Notes: generated from the letters alone by a model not told the origin. DNA of 63,483 nt, filler included, from Choristocarpus tenellus KU-1152 (GCA_964200185.2; 8 parts of 8 records of this genome joined end to end with filler, not necessarily neighbours in it); one strand, 5' to 3'; positions 1-13,994 are shown, numbered from the whole stretch's first letter. A program made the numbers and translations.

Positions 1-1639
1 GGCGTAACTACACTCATGGTCTGGTCTGGTGCTGGTATTCTTTGCAACTACACAGGCGTTGAGGATGGACATGTCCACTGCACATGTCCACTTACAATAC
101 ATGTGCTACTGTAGCACCTACCGCTGGTTGCACTTCTGTTGTAATCGCGTGATTAGTAACATGTGCCAAAAGTACAATAGTTCTATCCTCAGCCACACTA
201 CCTTACTTCCATATATGGGAAAAATCTCGGCATACACCGGAATGTAATAAATGCAATTGCTCATTCAACAAGAATTGTCTCACTTTTCCTAGGGTGTGTA
301 GTACGGCAATGTGTTGGGAGGTGCAAAACAGATTAGGTACGCTCATTACAGGGAATCGAGGTTAGGGCTGGAAAAAGCAGCCCAGAACTGACAACAGTCA
401 AGGGGCAGGTCTTAAGTGATCTAGGACACCCCTGAACCCTTGTAAGATCGGAGTGTCTTCTACAGTACATGTGGCACAGCTTCGCACGGTGTAAATAGGG
501 TGGGCAGAGATGACCAGTGGCTACATTGAAGGGACGGATACAACTTCAAAATTTCTTTGCATGTACCACGTGTAGAAATCCCTAACTCATTCCCTTAATA
601 GCCCAAGTTGACGCACCCTGGTTGGCATTGATAGAAACGTGCGCCTGTTCGGTCTAGTTCACAAGATGAACAAACGTCAACAAAGACGATAACGCTGCCC
701 CTTTATCAGTCAAGAGATGTGAGAGTTGTTCGGGGACTGGATCAAGGAGTACGTGGTGACAACCTAAGGTGTTTCAGTGATGAACTGACAAAAGAAATCC
801 ACATGTCTGCATAGAAGTCCGCTCAGGTCTCAGGTGAGTTAACAAACACGACATGTGACGTTCCGTTTGCCTAGTCGACTCCCATTGTGCATGATTAGGC
901 TATGGCAAGTTATCCAACAACATAGCAAGGACACGTTGCATCATCGTTGTTTACTACTCTGGTTTCCTCTTTGAACTGAATCCAACAGCTAACAAAGACA
1001 AGGTGTCTCGACGTCACCCGTAAAAAAGAAAGCAAACCGATACCTTCTACTTGGGGGGAACCCTCAGTCCAAGCAACATTACCTTAGCTACACATTTGCA
1101 TCAGCCCATAGCACAACATCAGCGACGTTCAGGAAAGTCAAGTCTCGAGAAAGGGCTACATACGCAAGTCGAGGTCAACTTGTTCCTCTCATCTCAAGTC
1201 TCTAACCTAGCACAACGCAACCACCTTCACCTACCTCAGGGCGGGGCGTCCATCGCTCCGCCATGATGAAGGTGGAGTTTCACTCTCCTACTCCAGCAGA
1301 GCAACAGCGTGGCGAGTACTTAGCAGGATCCAGGGAAGGGGAAAGAGAAATCTACACACCTGTGGCAGTCCACTAGAAGCGGGGCACAGAGCACCTAGGG
1401 GATGCTTGCGCCCCCAATCAGGCAAACACCTCTGGATCACTCCTTGTCAACCAAATCTTCACTCTGACCAACGTTTAGCGAGAGAGAGCTTCACGAATGT
1501 ATCCTTCGGCTCTGAGCAAGTTCTCGTGTTTGAATACCACACGCTGTGGGAGCAGTAGTAAGTGTGAAAGGTGTGCATTTTTTTTTTGTTCTCACTCCTC
1601 CCATCACCCGTCCTCTCTCACATTTCGCCACTCATTTCA

Positions 1640-4600
1640 ATGCACTTAACAAGTCGTTTGTTTCACCATCTATACTTCACCGCCAGAGCTTTCCACTCGT
1701 GCAGTTTGCTTCTTCATCCCATATGCATGTCGGCTGGCTCCAGCATATCTGATGCCGTAGATTACGCTGGGATTTTTGCTCAGACAAGCGGCATTACCAA
1801 GGGATGGATCCAAGAAGGAGAACGATCTGACAAGATCCTGCTGCAAAGGAGTGTAAGAGACCTCGACGGTGGGCTTTGTTAGAGATAGAGAGTTCCCTTG
1901 TTCTTTTGGTGATTCCGCTGTAATGATACAATCCGCCTACATTTGTCCAGATTTCACGATGCCTGGACCCTTTCCCGTACATAACCAAACATCGACTTTT
2001 TCCCTCAGGAAACAAGGTTCGCTCCTTTGTGTCATCGTACGAGCTTACCGAGGGAAAATGGCGCTCTTGCTCTCCCTTCCCACAAGAGCTCAACGGGGTT
2101 GTCATTTTCTCACCATCACCTTCTGGTCGAAAGCTAGTGGTGGTGCGCGAGGCCCCATCCAAAGGTGATGAAGGAGGTTCAGGTAACTACGTAATCGAGA
2201 TATGGGAAACTAGAGATGGGGAGAACAGTCTGGTCGACCGAATCCTAACCTCTGGGATCCACGATAAGATTGTGGGAGGAACCTGTTTTGGAGGCTTCTC
2301 CTGGTCAACTGATGAGACAAAAGCAGTCTATGTGGCACGGAGGAAGGCGCCTGAGACAAGGTGTGTGACGTTGACATTTATGTTCTAGCTTGTGCACCTC
2401 GAAGTCATGTGGTTGTGTCGTGGCGAATATTGACAGTTCCTCATCTCGTAAGTAAAAATAACAATCACTGTGTGTCATAGCAAGCACGCAAGTATTTGCA
2501 CCCCATCTCTCCAGGTTAACCTTAGGTGTCCAGTAGATTGCTTATAGTGGAAGTAGAAGAGCAACTCTGGAGATAGTTTTTCGCACTGCCACATCCAGCA
2601 GTGGTTTATTTCAAACCTGAGTGACAGTCCTGTCCTTATTTTTTCTATTGTAGTATGTTTTATCTCACGAATTGTAATTGAGGGGATACATTTTCTAGTC
2701 TAAGAATATCAGGGTCTGTTGTATCATCATTGCTTCTTGGATAGATTTTTGTTTTTGGGATAGGCACCTTTGTAACATTACAAGACCGCCTGATTTACTC
2801 TTACTTGTTGAAAGATCAATGCTCTGCAGCCTTTGCCATTTCATAACAGTGCTCTGAAACCAGCAGCTCAACAAGGACGACAAAATCCTTACTAATCGCT
2901 GCAAGTTCCAAGTGCAATAATACTCTAATCTGTTTTGATCGTGGTAATGCCTCTGATGTGGAGCGCTGATACTTGAAGATAACAAATTTTTGTTTGAATC
3001 TGACAGAAGGATGGGTTGGGTTTTGCACGGAAATGATCCTATGCTCTTTTCACAATTTTTTTATATGTGTGTTCCCCTTCATGATGATTCGCAACGTCAA
3101 CACATCATGGGGTGGGTGATTCATGCGGCTGTGAAATTTATTCATTCTCTTAGCTGATTCGTATCTTCTGAGATCTTAATATATGGGATACAGTGAGGAT
3201 GAATCTTTGCTTAGTAACAACGTGCCGAAAAATACATTTTCTTCTTGCGTTGGGATGACAGTTGGAACATTCGAGTGGTAGATTAGTTCCTTTAGCGTTT
3301 GCGTACTTCATAATTCACTTGAAAAGTTCCTTGTGATTCTTGTCATGCTTGGAATCAAATACATACAATTTTTTGAAAGGTTAGGGCTGCATATAAAGCA
3401 ATCCTTAATACACTTTTTATGCGTTTAAAACTTTTGCATTAGTCTGAGGGGTCCAAGACCTGTGGTCAAAAGGTAATTAGAAAAAGGCAAGGCGCACTGA
3501 TTGAGTGTTGCAAGTACTATAAGAACAAGAAAAAATATCCAAGATTGAAGAAAACTCAACTATCTTCAAAGGAAACAGAGAAAACCTAGGAGTAATGTAT
3601 TGGCACCAGTGCCTTACACTGGACTGAATAGCTGAAATGAGACCAAATCAGCTAAGTATGAATGTTTCCAAGTAATTTTTCTCACTTTCGTTGCTGGGAA
3701 GTCAGGTTTTCATGTAGTTGGACTGAGCATAGAGGCTGGCATAAATTCATACAGACCAGGTCAGATAGCCTGTCTTGTGTCTTCAGTCCACTGCGATGAA
3801 GAATGTTTTGGGGAAATAATCCATGAAACTGACTTAAATGACAGAGGTGGTGATGCCTAAGATACACAGTGGGTTAGCTGTTGAGGTATGCAGGATAGAA
3901 ACCACCCTGTGTGAGATCACCAAGGCCTCAAAGATGATGTCCTGGAACAGAGTAGTGTTTGGTCAGACCCCTAAAGTAGGAACAAACACTGAAAGTGGAC
4001 TTGGCCTTTTCAGTGGAAAGTTTGACCAACAAGGATGTAGCGTCAAGACCAAGGGATGGTTGTGTCAGTTGAACATTCAGAGTTTGCACAAAATGGAGCA
4101 GAATTCGAGTAAGGATGGGGATGATTAGTTGGTGAGAGATTCAGAGCAGAATATGGCAGATGAGGATGGTCACAGTGAGGAGGATGACTCTGGAGAATCT
4201 GTCTTGACATTCAGGTCAATAGATATTAGGCAAGTGTGAAGATGTGGCTCAATTTTTTCTCATCCAAGGGGTTAAGAAGAGACTACCTTGGAGGAATGAA
4301 ATTTCGGGGCGGTTAATCCATCGACCTCTTTGACTTGCTTTTCCCAGAGGACAAGATTGAGGTCATGATTGAGACCACAAATATTCTCATGTGAGATTGT
4401 TGGCGTTGGGCATGTGTCACTGTCATCCAGTGTACATTGGGTGATCTGTTAGGCATGGCACTGGTTGAGAGCGTGCGTGGACCGCATTTGGGTTATTGGA
4501 CAAAAAGGAGTTCTATTAAAAGAACACAGATGATAACTGAGTTTTGGGAGTATTGGCACTTACAACTGGTTCAGAGCCATCCTCTCAGCGTTCTCAATTT

Positions 4601-7600
4601 ACTATCGGGGGATGTGGGGAAGGAGCTGTGGAGGGTGAGTGAAGGTGGGTAGAGGTGGAATCCTTCCATGTGTGGAATTGCAGTTGACATACTGTGTTTC
4701 ATATGTCCTGGAACTTGATTGTTTATGCGTTAGTATCGGTATGGAATGGATTGGATGACAGTGGGAGGGTCTAGGATGCCTCATGTTTCTAAGATTTTGA
4801 GAAAGCTTACATGAGTTGTGGCATAGATCAAAAGCACTGCTTGCAGGGAGAAATGCATCATGTACTCCTTGTTGCTGGCAAAGTGTAAAGTTTCAGAGGC
4901 TGCTAATGCTAAGCCCCTTAGCATCCAATTCTGGATTGGGCCTACACTTTCCCTGAATCTCCTTCAACATCTCCAAGGGCAGCCCGACCATATCATCGAG
5001 ATTTTGTATTAGGTTTGTATGGATCTATACTTGTGCTTACAGCGAAGTATAGCATGTACTTCATGGACTTTGTGAAAACAGCACACAAGCTTTTCCCCAA
5101 GGAGGATCAAATGAAGGTGCTGATCCAAGCAGGTGGTGACTTTTGATGCTCTGGAGGTTGAATTGCTGTCAAAGGTAGTGGGTATGGGGAATATTGTGTT
5201 GTCAGTCTGGCTGATGTCTGGGATGACACTGCCATGTACAACGGCACCGTGGAGAGGAAAAGAAGTGTGTGCTCTTTGTGATCACCTGTGGGACTACAAC
5301 TGCAATTAAACCTGACGAGAAGTGATGCCTCTAGCTCACAGAGGAGGATGGTTCAACTCAAACCTACTGCAAAGGTAAAGCATCCAAGGGTAGTAGAGAA
5401 CTGCTTCCACAATGCCTTATCAACTGATGTTGATAATCATCACAGTCAGTCCTCACTTTATCTTGAGGAGCCCTTTCAGACCAAGTGCTGGTGGCGCAGG
5501 GTAATTTCCATATCATTGGGTATTGGTGAGACAGATGCCCACCTTGCCTGGGGCCAATGGGGGGGGAAGAAGCCAACACATACTGTCAGTTCATTCTTTG
5601 TGTTGCATTTTCCTTGTTTACACTGGATTAAGACAAAAGCAGCGGCATGGCCAGTGGTAGTTCTGACCCTAACTCCAGTGATAACAAAAAAATTTCCTCA
5701 GTGTCATTCCCCAGTATCAGGGTGTGTCTCCAGGTAGGAGTAGGAGCCGTGAAGGTAGAAAGAGGAAGCATATCATGCTGAAGTACTCCGTGTGTGGGAG
5801 AAGGGCATGCTTGGTGCCAGTTGCTCTGTTCGAGATAGAACTGCTGTGATTTGCGGATCACACACAGAAGACAGAGGATAGCTTTTCACTGCACACCCTA
5901 CCAGGGTTTGGTATCCTTGCGGGATGTGTTTGAGTGCCTGTTCAAGGGGCATGGGCTGGGGAGGCTTGGGTATGGTTTCTTTGCTGTTTTGAGGATGAGA
6001 CTTCAATTAACATTGTATCACCTTTGTTGAGTGCACACCACACAGTCAAGTACAGCCCATAGCAAACCAGTATGTTCTTTTTTCAAAGATGTCTCCTGGG
6101 ATGTGTCCGATTGTAAGGTAGGTAATGAACCTGGAAAGGCTTGTACAGGGATTTCTGGGCCACCCAGAATAGGTAATGCAGGAGTTGCTTGAGCAATTTG
6201 GGACTGCTAGAATTGACTGGACTAGAGGAATATTCACTGGGCTAGGCTGCCTTGACGATTTGCTTTTTTGAAGGTCCAGATCAGGACCACAGGTATTTTA
6301 CGGGATCGGATTTTATACTTGAGTAGTATTATACTTTTTTGCATTGCAGTGTCTGAAAAATGTCAGTGGGCGCAACATTATAGAGCTCTATATCAAAATT
6401 GAAGATTGGTGTTTCATTGCATTGGGACCTGTATATTTATTGATTATTGGCAAGAATGCTCCCCCAAGAGCATCCTGGACCGACTGCCACGCCACCAGGT
6501 TAGCATGAGGTCTGCCAGCCCTTGCCTCTGTCAGTCCTCAGGTGGGTCAATTTGTAGATGTTGTCCCCTTTCTTGAGCATAATTGACTCAAGAACTGCCT
6601 ACACGATTTGGGTCTTGACACAAGGCCTGCATTGTCAGCATAGATCATTTACAGGTGTGACCCTTCCCGCTGTGCCAGGTCTTACTTTTCCAAGGAACCT
6701 AAACCAAGTGGATCTAAATCTGTTGTACCTGCAATTGGAGAGCAATTCCTCTACAAGGAAGACTGGGGCGAGAAGTATGAAGGGGTGGGTTTTCATACAT
6801 GATCCTTTGATCACATCAGCAGCCTGTCTATATGCCAGCAAGGATAAATTGTGTGTGTGGTGTTTTCGTGGGCTTTTGAATTATTGTTGACATTTCACCT
6901 CTCCATCACCTTAGGTCAAATGACTTTGAAATGTGTTTCATTACCCTTTTGTTGCTTCTCTTTATGTGTCCTCCTTGCACATACATTTGGATGTCAGATG
7001 CAACAAAGTCAACAGTCTGTAACTGAATTCCCTTCAGCTACAGACCTAACTTTTTAGCGATGATCTACCACTTGTTTCTGGAGCAGGTTGATTCTGTAGG
7101 TCTCTTTGTCGTGGACATGGGTGACTCTGGACGTGTAAGTGAGCTGAAGGGAGTGCGCGAGGGTCTCACCCCTGGCCAGCCTCACTTCTCAAAGGATGGG
7201 AATCACATTGTGTACACTGGATGGGAGTCTTTGCCTCGCAAGCTGGGTATGATCTATTGCTACCAACGTCCCTGCAACCTCTTTGCTGCCCCAACTCAAG
7301 GCCTATTCAAGGATGAAGAAACTCAAGAGGGTCAAAAGAACATGCCTTCTCCTAAACCAGATGTAGAAGGCATTGACCAGAGCGAGGATATGCTTCCTTG
7401 TCACATCTGCCTTTGTCCTTCATGGCGGCTGGCCCACTCCGCTCGATTCTCTCCCTGTGGGGAGCAGGTGATTTGGCTTTCAAGGGAGGAAGGGTTTGAT
7501 ACTCACAGTGGGTGCTTCCGCATGACGATAGCTCAGTGGGACTCCAAAACAGGAGACTTTGCCGGCTCTCCACGCACTCTTGTTGATGTAGTTACTGATG

Positions 7601-8844
7601 TTGATGAGTCTGGTAAAAATAGTTTTCCAGGTTTGTGGTTGGATGACCTCCCAGATGCATGTTGGTCCACCGACGGCTTGTGGATTTACTTGACTAGTGC
7701 GTGGGGCTCAAGAGAATCTGTGACAAGGGTGAACGTCAAGACAGGTGAGGTGAGTCGAGTGAAGGCTGCATTGTTAGCAGCAGGGCAAGATCAAACGGCA
7801 ATGGCTGATGCATCTGCTGCCGTTCTTGCGACGTGTTCTAGGGGGGTGCTGGTATGTGCATCTTCCCCAAACTCTCCAGGAGGATTTGCCATGCTTAGCA
7901 CAGAGTCTGGAAGTGATGAGGTCAGTGTGGGGCCTGCTGTTGGAGTTGCTGCTATTACCTCCTCAATACGGGTAAGTCGTTCTCGATCAGAGGAGCTGCG
8001 AGGTCTTGTGGCTGGTATCAGTTGGAGAGTTCTGGATGTTCCCTCTGGTACAGATGGCTCTGAGGGGCCACCCTTTGAGGCAATATTGCTCCAACCACAG
8101 GAAAGTCTGCAAGAGGAGGCTAAACGTGTACCACTGGTTGTTGTACCTCATGGGGGCCCACATGGGGTCATGCCAACTGCATTTGTTCCAGCCTACGCCT
8201 ATTTGTGTGCATCTCAGAAGCTGGCAATTTTACATGTCAACTTCCGTGGATCTACAGGGTTTGGTACCACAGCTCTAGAGTCCCTTCCAGGAAAAATTGG
8301 GTGCCAAGACGTGGCCGATGTTGTTGCAGCTGTTCAAGTTGCTCTTGCTGCAGAACCAGACGCTCTTGACCCGGAACGGGTTGGGGTTGTTGGGGGAAGT
8401 CATGGCGGTTTCTTGGGGGCGCACTTGTCAGCACAGTACCCGGACCTCTTCAAGGTAGCTGCTCTGCGAAACCCAGTCACAAACATTGCATCCATGGTGA
8501 CAGTGAGTGACATCCCTGATTGGTGCTACATTGAGGCCTTGGGGATTGGGAGCTATGAGTGGGATTCATTTTCTACTCCAACTGCTGATGAGCTGCGCCG
8601 CATGTGGGAGGCGTCACCTGTAGCCCACATTAAGGGTGTTAGAGCGCCAACACTTATTGCCATTGGTAAGAAGGATCGCAGGGTGCCTGCGTCACAGGGG
8701 ATTGAGTGGTACCATGCCTTGAAAAGCAAAGATGTCCCTTCAAAACTTCTGATTTACCCAGAAGATGTCCACGCAATTGACAAGCCTGCTAGTGAGGCGG
8801 ACCATTGGGTTTCAATTAGCAAATGGATTCAGAAGTACATTTAG
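1640..8844 (+). CDS. APEH: Acylaminoacyl-peptidase / acylamino-acid-releasing enzyme (peptidase S9C). Exons 1640(or 1727)..1868, 2009..2360, 6679..6784, 7087..8844; about 785-814 aa
   Basis: Seen: all three GT-AG introns join in frame (phases 1, 2, 0). Motifs FSPSPSG, FGGFSWS, FLYKEDWGEKY, PHGGPH, VNFRGSTGFG, nucleophile elbow GGSHGG, RNPV, SDIPDW, DRRVP (catalytic Asp), DVHAI (catalytic His). Established: GGSHGG plus EDWGE plus SDIPDW is typical of APEH. Start codon ambiguous. Confidence 0.93.
4150..5960 (+). mobile_element. Decayed piggyBac-like DDE transposase relic in APEH intron 2. Possible element limits 2520..6499
   Basis: Seen, frameshifted and in piggyBac order: IDLFDLLFPEDKIEVMIETTN (~4320), GDLLGMAL...GYW (4440-4500), HPRVVE...TDVDNHH...TKCWWRRVI...ETDAHLAW (ORF 5288..5737), Cys-rich tail near 5840-5950. 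TTAA at 2516-2519 is followed by CC and GG-TTAG occurs at 6498-6503, but the inverted-repeat match is weak. Confidence 0.7.
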
Positions 8845-11800
8845 GGGGGCTTGAAAAGAGTGGATAGATCAGAAAAAATTGTTCTTTTAGCAACCATGAT
8901 GCTGTTTTAGTTGAAAACTCCAGTTGGTGAGTGACTTTTATATCTTTCTTTTGGACGTTTATTTCGAACTTGTGTTATAGCCTTGGGCACAATGATGCCT
9001 CCTGCTTGTTCCAGCTTTGTCCCTCCTTACAGAAGCTTGATCTTCGTTAAGGTGATAAATGTTTCTAGGTTAGATGCGATTCTATGGCACGCGACCCTTC
9101 TAAAATAACATGACCAACTTCAATTAAAGATGAGACTATTATTGTTGCTTATGTAGCAACACAGGACTCTGATATCCCAAGCACCTCATCCATATATTTT
9201 TGTTCTTCATTGAAAGAGGACTGATTTTTACGGCCTCGGAATCTTGGTATGAAGTGGTAAACTATGTTGGGTTGAATTTCATTATGTGTATCAGTTTGTT
9301 CCACATGCCTCCTTATTCACAACACTTGGTTCTCTTCCTTGACTATCGACCTCCAATTTATTTGTGTCCAGCTCCAGTTACAACTATTGGTAGGTGCTTT
9401 GGAGCGTTTTTCTCAAGGTGTATGCTAGGGTGAATGGATACAGCAAGTTGGAGATCTCACCTAGTCAATATTTGTATGTTAAGAGCACAACCAGTTGTTA
9501 AAGAAGCTGTGGTTTACCAATATTTGTGTATGTACTGTAAACAGCTGGATTATTTCCTTGCTGGACTGAAAAGGATGAAGGTAAAGGAGTGAGCCTCATC
9601 AGTAGAGAGGGGAGCCCTTGCCAGCAATCACTCACTGCCATAAATCCGTTGATCACTAGTCACTCATCACCCGTTACTTGCTACAATGTTTCATCCCTGA
9701 ACTCTTTCTCTGCTTCATTTAACCCATGGTTATCCCCAATCCTTCAAAACACAACCTTACTCTCTTCCTTGGGCTGATTGTTTCTTATATACTTTTTCGC
9801 GCAAGAGATTAGAGAACCTACGGTTGACACATTGCATTAGTATTCACACTTTGCCAAACAGGCTGTAGTGAGGAGCCAGAAGGCTATGTTGTGTTGTACT
9901 GGTGGCTACAAAACCTTAATACTTTCTCCCACATCTTTTGTTGGGGTTGTACTTGTGCTCGTTAGTCCTAAAGAAGCATAAAAGAAGAGTTTTGGGATGA
10001 TAATGGAGCTATCTAACGGTCGGTGCTTGTGAAGTGACACTGTTGGATGTTTGCCCTGTCGTGATCTGTTACTTCTTGGAGTTGTTTTGTTTACTTCCTA
10101 CCGCTGTTGGAGTACTATAGCTGTGCCCTATCCAGGTCAGGTATCATGCTTTAAGAAAGGGCTAGGGAATGACCAATTAATTGATTGCTGGACTGACCAG
10201 GTGTTTGACAGTCATTTTATTTAGTGAAGAGATAGTTGTAATGACACTTTAAGCAGTAGTCCCTCTTCCAGCATGTATGCGCACAATAGCAATATTATGT
10301 TCTTTAAGAAGTCGACATTCCAAGTAGTTCTCCATGAGAAAGTGTCAATTTCTCACCACAGGGAGACATAACATACACATGGTTGCATTATTTGCAAGAT
10401 AATTTCGTCTTGGTTGACCGATACTACTTGTGATCACACTACTAACTAGTCCATTGTATGCAGGTACTTCATCTTTTTTGGGGCAGATTACTGAAGAGCA
10501 CCATATCACTCCTTTTCCTATTTAGTGAAAGGTTGAGCATTGTACATTCTTGTCTACTCATAATGCGTTATACCAAAACATCGATTACCCGTACGACATA
10601 CAAAATACTTCAGGTTGGATTGTGGTTAGACAATTTGGTTGAGTGAAGGTATATTGTATTGCGGAAGTTGTTATGTGGTCTTCATCATCGCAGTGTTGTT
10701 GATATAGGGTGTTCGACTTGATTATCTTCAGTTTGTAGTAGAATGTACAGGCAGATTGGATGCATTAAGTAGGAGACGACACTCCAGAAGTCCGACACTT
10801 GACACATGCATAATTTTTTCACCAGTTGTATAAGCAGGGGAGATCTCCGTCTTAAGTCTATTTGTTTCAAGGACAAGCGAGGACGCAACCGCGAAGCAAA
10901 GAGTAACCACCGAAAACTTTGAACTATGAACGCTGTGGAACCATTGCTTGATCAGGGCCAGAATGGGTTCCAGCAATTGGCACATCATAAATCTCCTTTC
11001 CCAAGTTACTGAAGTTGAATCCTCGTGCATAGGACGCAGATTATTCATCTCATAACCTGTCAAGAGTTGGACGTATCTAGAGAAACGGTATAAATCTGTA
11101 TAATAATATCAGGGGCACTTGAATTATTATGCTCCGTCCGTTGATTAGAATATTTGTACTATTAATAGTGAAACGATACATCTTCACTTTTTGTAACTAC
11201 AATTACTCCCTAGAGTGAATGTTGTCAAGTGTGTCTTCAAAATCCATGTACAACAAATATTACCCAATTAATTGTCTGTCTGAGGAGCCACAACAATAAT
11301 AGTAGTGAAAAGGTACTATCAAATGATCACAATAGTAATGATACCATTTTTTTAATAAAAATGATGAGAGAGGTGGGGGTATTCTCAAGACAATTTTTTC
11401 GCACCGATCAACAGAAAGCAGGCTGGATGACTGTTTACCTCATTGAGCCAGAAATAAAATAATATGTAGTTGAATAGAAACATCTTCTAACTCAACACCA
11501 CCAATGTTGCCAAATTTTTTTACACTGACAGTCACTCTGCAGCAGGTTCCACCCACTATCTATTGAGTCACCATCATTGCGTCGCCCATGGTGGCAGTGA
11601 AGTAACAGCAGGGTCGTGTGCCACGAAAGAAAGGTTCACCTTCAATCAAATCCATTTCTTCTGCTGCTTACGATTCCTCACGTCACAGAGGATGTATTTA
11701 CGTGTCATGTACAACAACCCACCAACACACTTCAGGTGGATACAATGTTATGCGCACACAGCCTGAGCACCATACCATATGTACCATTAAGTGCAATATA

Positions 11801-12896
11801 TATATATATTTTGTAGGGGGTTATTGGCAGCCTTGACGACACCATATACATATGTCAAAGAAATCACTGGTTTACATGAAGCGGGGAAATAAATAATATT
11901 CTTTGTTTTTCGAACTTCTCTCAACTCCCAATACTCCGCTGGAAAATTCTTACTCTGTGGAGTGAATGGTTGTTTTTTTAGTTACACCCCAAGATTACTT
12001 CCCTACCCTTGACACAAACCCAGAGAACACACTTAGAACCCAAACACTCAGTCTCCATGCTTTCAACCTTCAAGATCATCAATCTCTTCCTTTTCCACCC
12101 CTTCAGTCAATCCCATGCACCATATACCATCACAAATACTACATTTTTTCCCACCAACAAACATTGGTTTATTCCACAGGTCTTTCTATTGCCTGAAATA
12201 GGAAGTGTTCATCAAGAAAGCATAATATATATGTGAGTTCATTAACAACAGTTTGTATCATGCTCACCAACCTCCTCAATGTTGTACCATGAACATCGTG
12301 CATGCAACCAACAATGATGATGCAATGGATGAAAGGTCTCCTAACGAAGAAGGGAGCTAACAGCTCTTGGTGCATGTGATATTGTAGCACAGTCGAACAC
12401 AACCGCCAATGCTGTGGGATCAGTGCATCAACATCATATTTGTTGCAGTTCAAGAAGGCCATTGGAGGCAAACTGATGCTCCTCCCATGCAACTTGATGG
12501 AACACAGATCATGCAACAACAGCACGAAAGAAACCTAACTTGTCTCCTTGCTCGTGTAGAGCAGAGCAAACAAGCAAGGGTCCCACTGCAGATGGAGAAA
12601 TATTCTCACCATGTTGTGTTGCTCGACATCAAACTTGTGAATTCTGTGTATTTGACAATTCGGCAGTACTACTACCAACATTTGTTAGATGTGGGACAAC
12701 AGATTTGGTCACATCCAGCACAAGGCAAGAATATTCAATGTATCACTCCCCTCCCATATTTTTTCATTTGCCCAGAATGATTGATCACCCATCTTGTGAA
12801 CGAGGGATGATGGCAAGAGTACCGAAAGCTGACATCATTAGTAGCATCATTGTCAACGGTAGATTTCTTGCCAGTCCTTCCCCCAATTCCATCCTC

Positions 12897-13171
12897 GACC
12901 CAAAGTGTCTGTAGGGGGGGGGGGGGGGCTTAAATCATGNNNNNNNNNNNNNNNNNNNNNNNNNNNNNNNNNNNNNNNNNNNNTTAATTAATTAANNNNN
13001 NNNNNNNNNNNNNNNNNNNNNNNNNNNNNNNNNNNNNNNCATTTGGACCAAAATCAGGAAAAGAGCATTTACATTATCCATCTGACGTATGCAACCAAAT
13101 CACCAACAAATCGCGACATGAAAAAAATGACCCCAAATGGACAGCCGCACCCCCCCCAGATACTTTGAGCC
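12897..13171 (+). mobile_element. MITE family B copy (B2), apparently spanning the first assembly gap
   Basis: Left end GACCCAAAGTGTCT plus poly-G before the gap. After the gap the body continues (CATTTGGACCAAAATCAGG...CCCCAAATGGACAG...AGATACTTTGAGCC), collinear with copy B1. No clear target-site duplication. Confidence 0.8.
12940..13039. other. Artificial assembly spacer N44-TTAATTAATTAA-N44; identical spacers at 22602-22701, 31077-31176, 44654-44753, 50953-51052, 54348-54447, 60695-60794
   Basis: Seven identical 100-nt blocks. TTAATTAATTAA gives stop codons in all six frames, as in contig linkers. Confidence 0.97.
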
Positions 13172-13994
13172 TTGAGTGAAACTGGCCCTGCGAATAGGAG
13201 TTTCTCTTTTCACACAATCGCTCGTGGCGGGTTGTCCACGTCACACAACCATACAACAGAATATTATTAGGTACTTCAGGCTTGAGTATTTAAATCTTAA
13301 GCTCAAGTGACACAAACCTACTGAGAGATTGGTAGGTTTGGACCCTTTTTGTATTCTAAGTAATCTTTCTCACCCTGTGCAATGCACTCTATTTCATCGC
13401 TTTATGTGCATATTCGTTGTACCCAAAATTGACATCCCCCCTTTTCACACACAAAGTGACTCCACAATTCCGCAAAGGCTTCTTCTGCAATTGTACAAAA
13501 AGACATCTTTTGCCCTTTCTCAAGATCCTTAAAATGCAACCTTGCCTATCTCTCAGTTGGTTTGGCTCAGTGGTGCACCTGTGCCTCTGTCATGAAGGAC
13601 TTGGATGTACTTGTGAGCCAAAGTAAACGAGATGTACCTAGGGAAAATGTGCTAGACTAAATGGGCTTTTGTACAAATATGTATATAGGGACCTTTCATA
13701 ATTCTTTGAAATTTACAGTAGTAGAGAAATCATTGGTATCAATTCAATCTTATCACTTCATCCATAGAAACAAGGTTGAATTGCAATATATGAAAATATT
13801 GACTTTAGGTTCGAAACAGTCTAAATGTGGGTACCTCTTGTGTACTTTGGCTCTGCGGAACAACCTCCAGCATTTTGGACCTGTTGACTGATCTTGGCGG
13901 CGATATAAGCTTTATTATTGATAGTGTTTTGAATAGGCAACATACTTGTCAGTCTACTTTTTATACATAATGTCTGCAGCCTTGTTAAGAAGTT

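Noticed and set aside
1120-1200. RKGYIRKSRSTCSS, resembling the start of a gypsy RT
   Set aside because: One short motif with no supporting RT motifs downstream.
8900-12890. Many 60-125 aa ORFs downstream of APEH
   Set aside because: No recognisable motifs or consistent exon chain; left unannotated.
12984-12995. Recurrent TTAATTAATTAA palindrome (7 times)
   Set aside because: Always centred in 44+44 Ns; an artificial linker, not biological.
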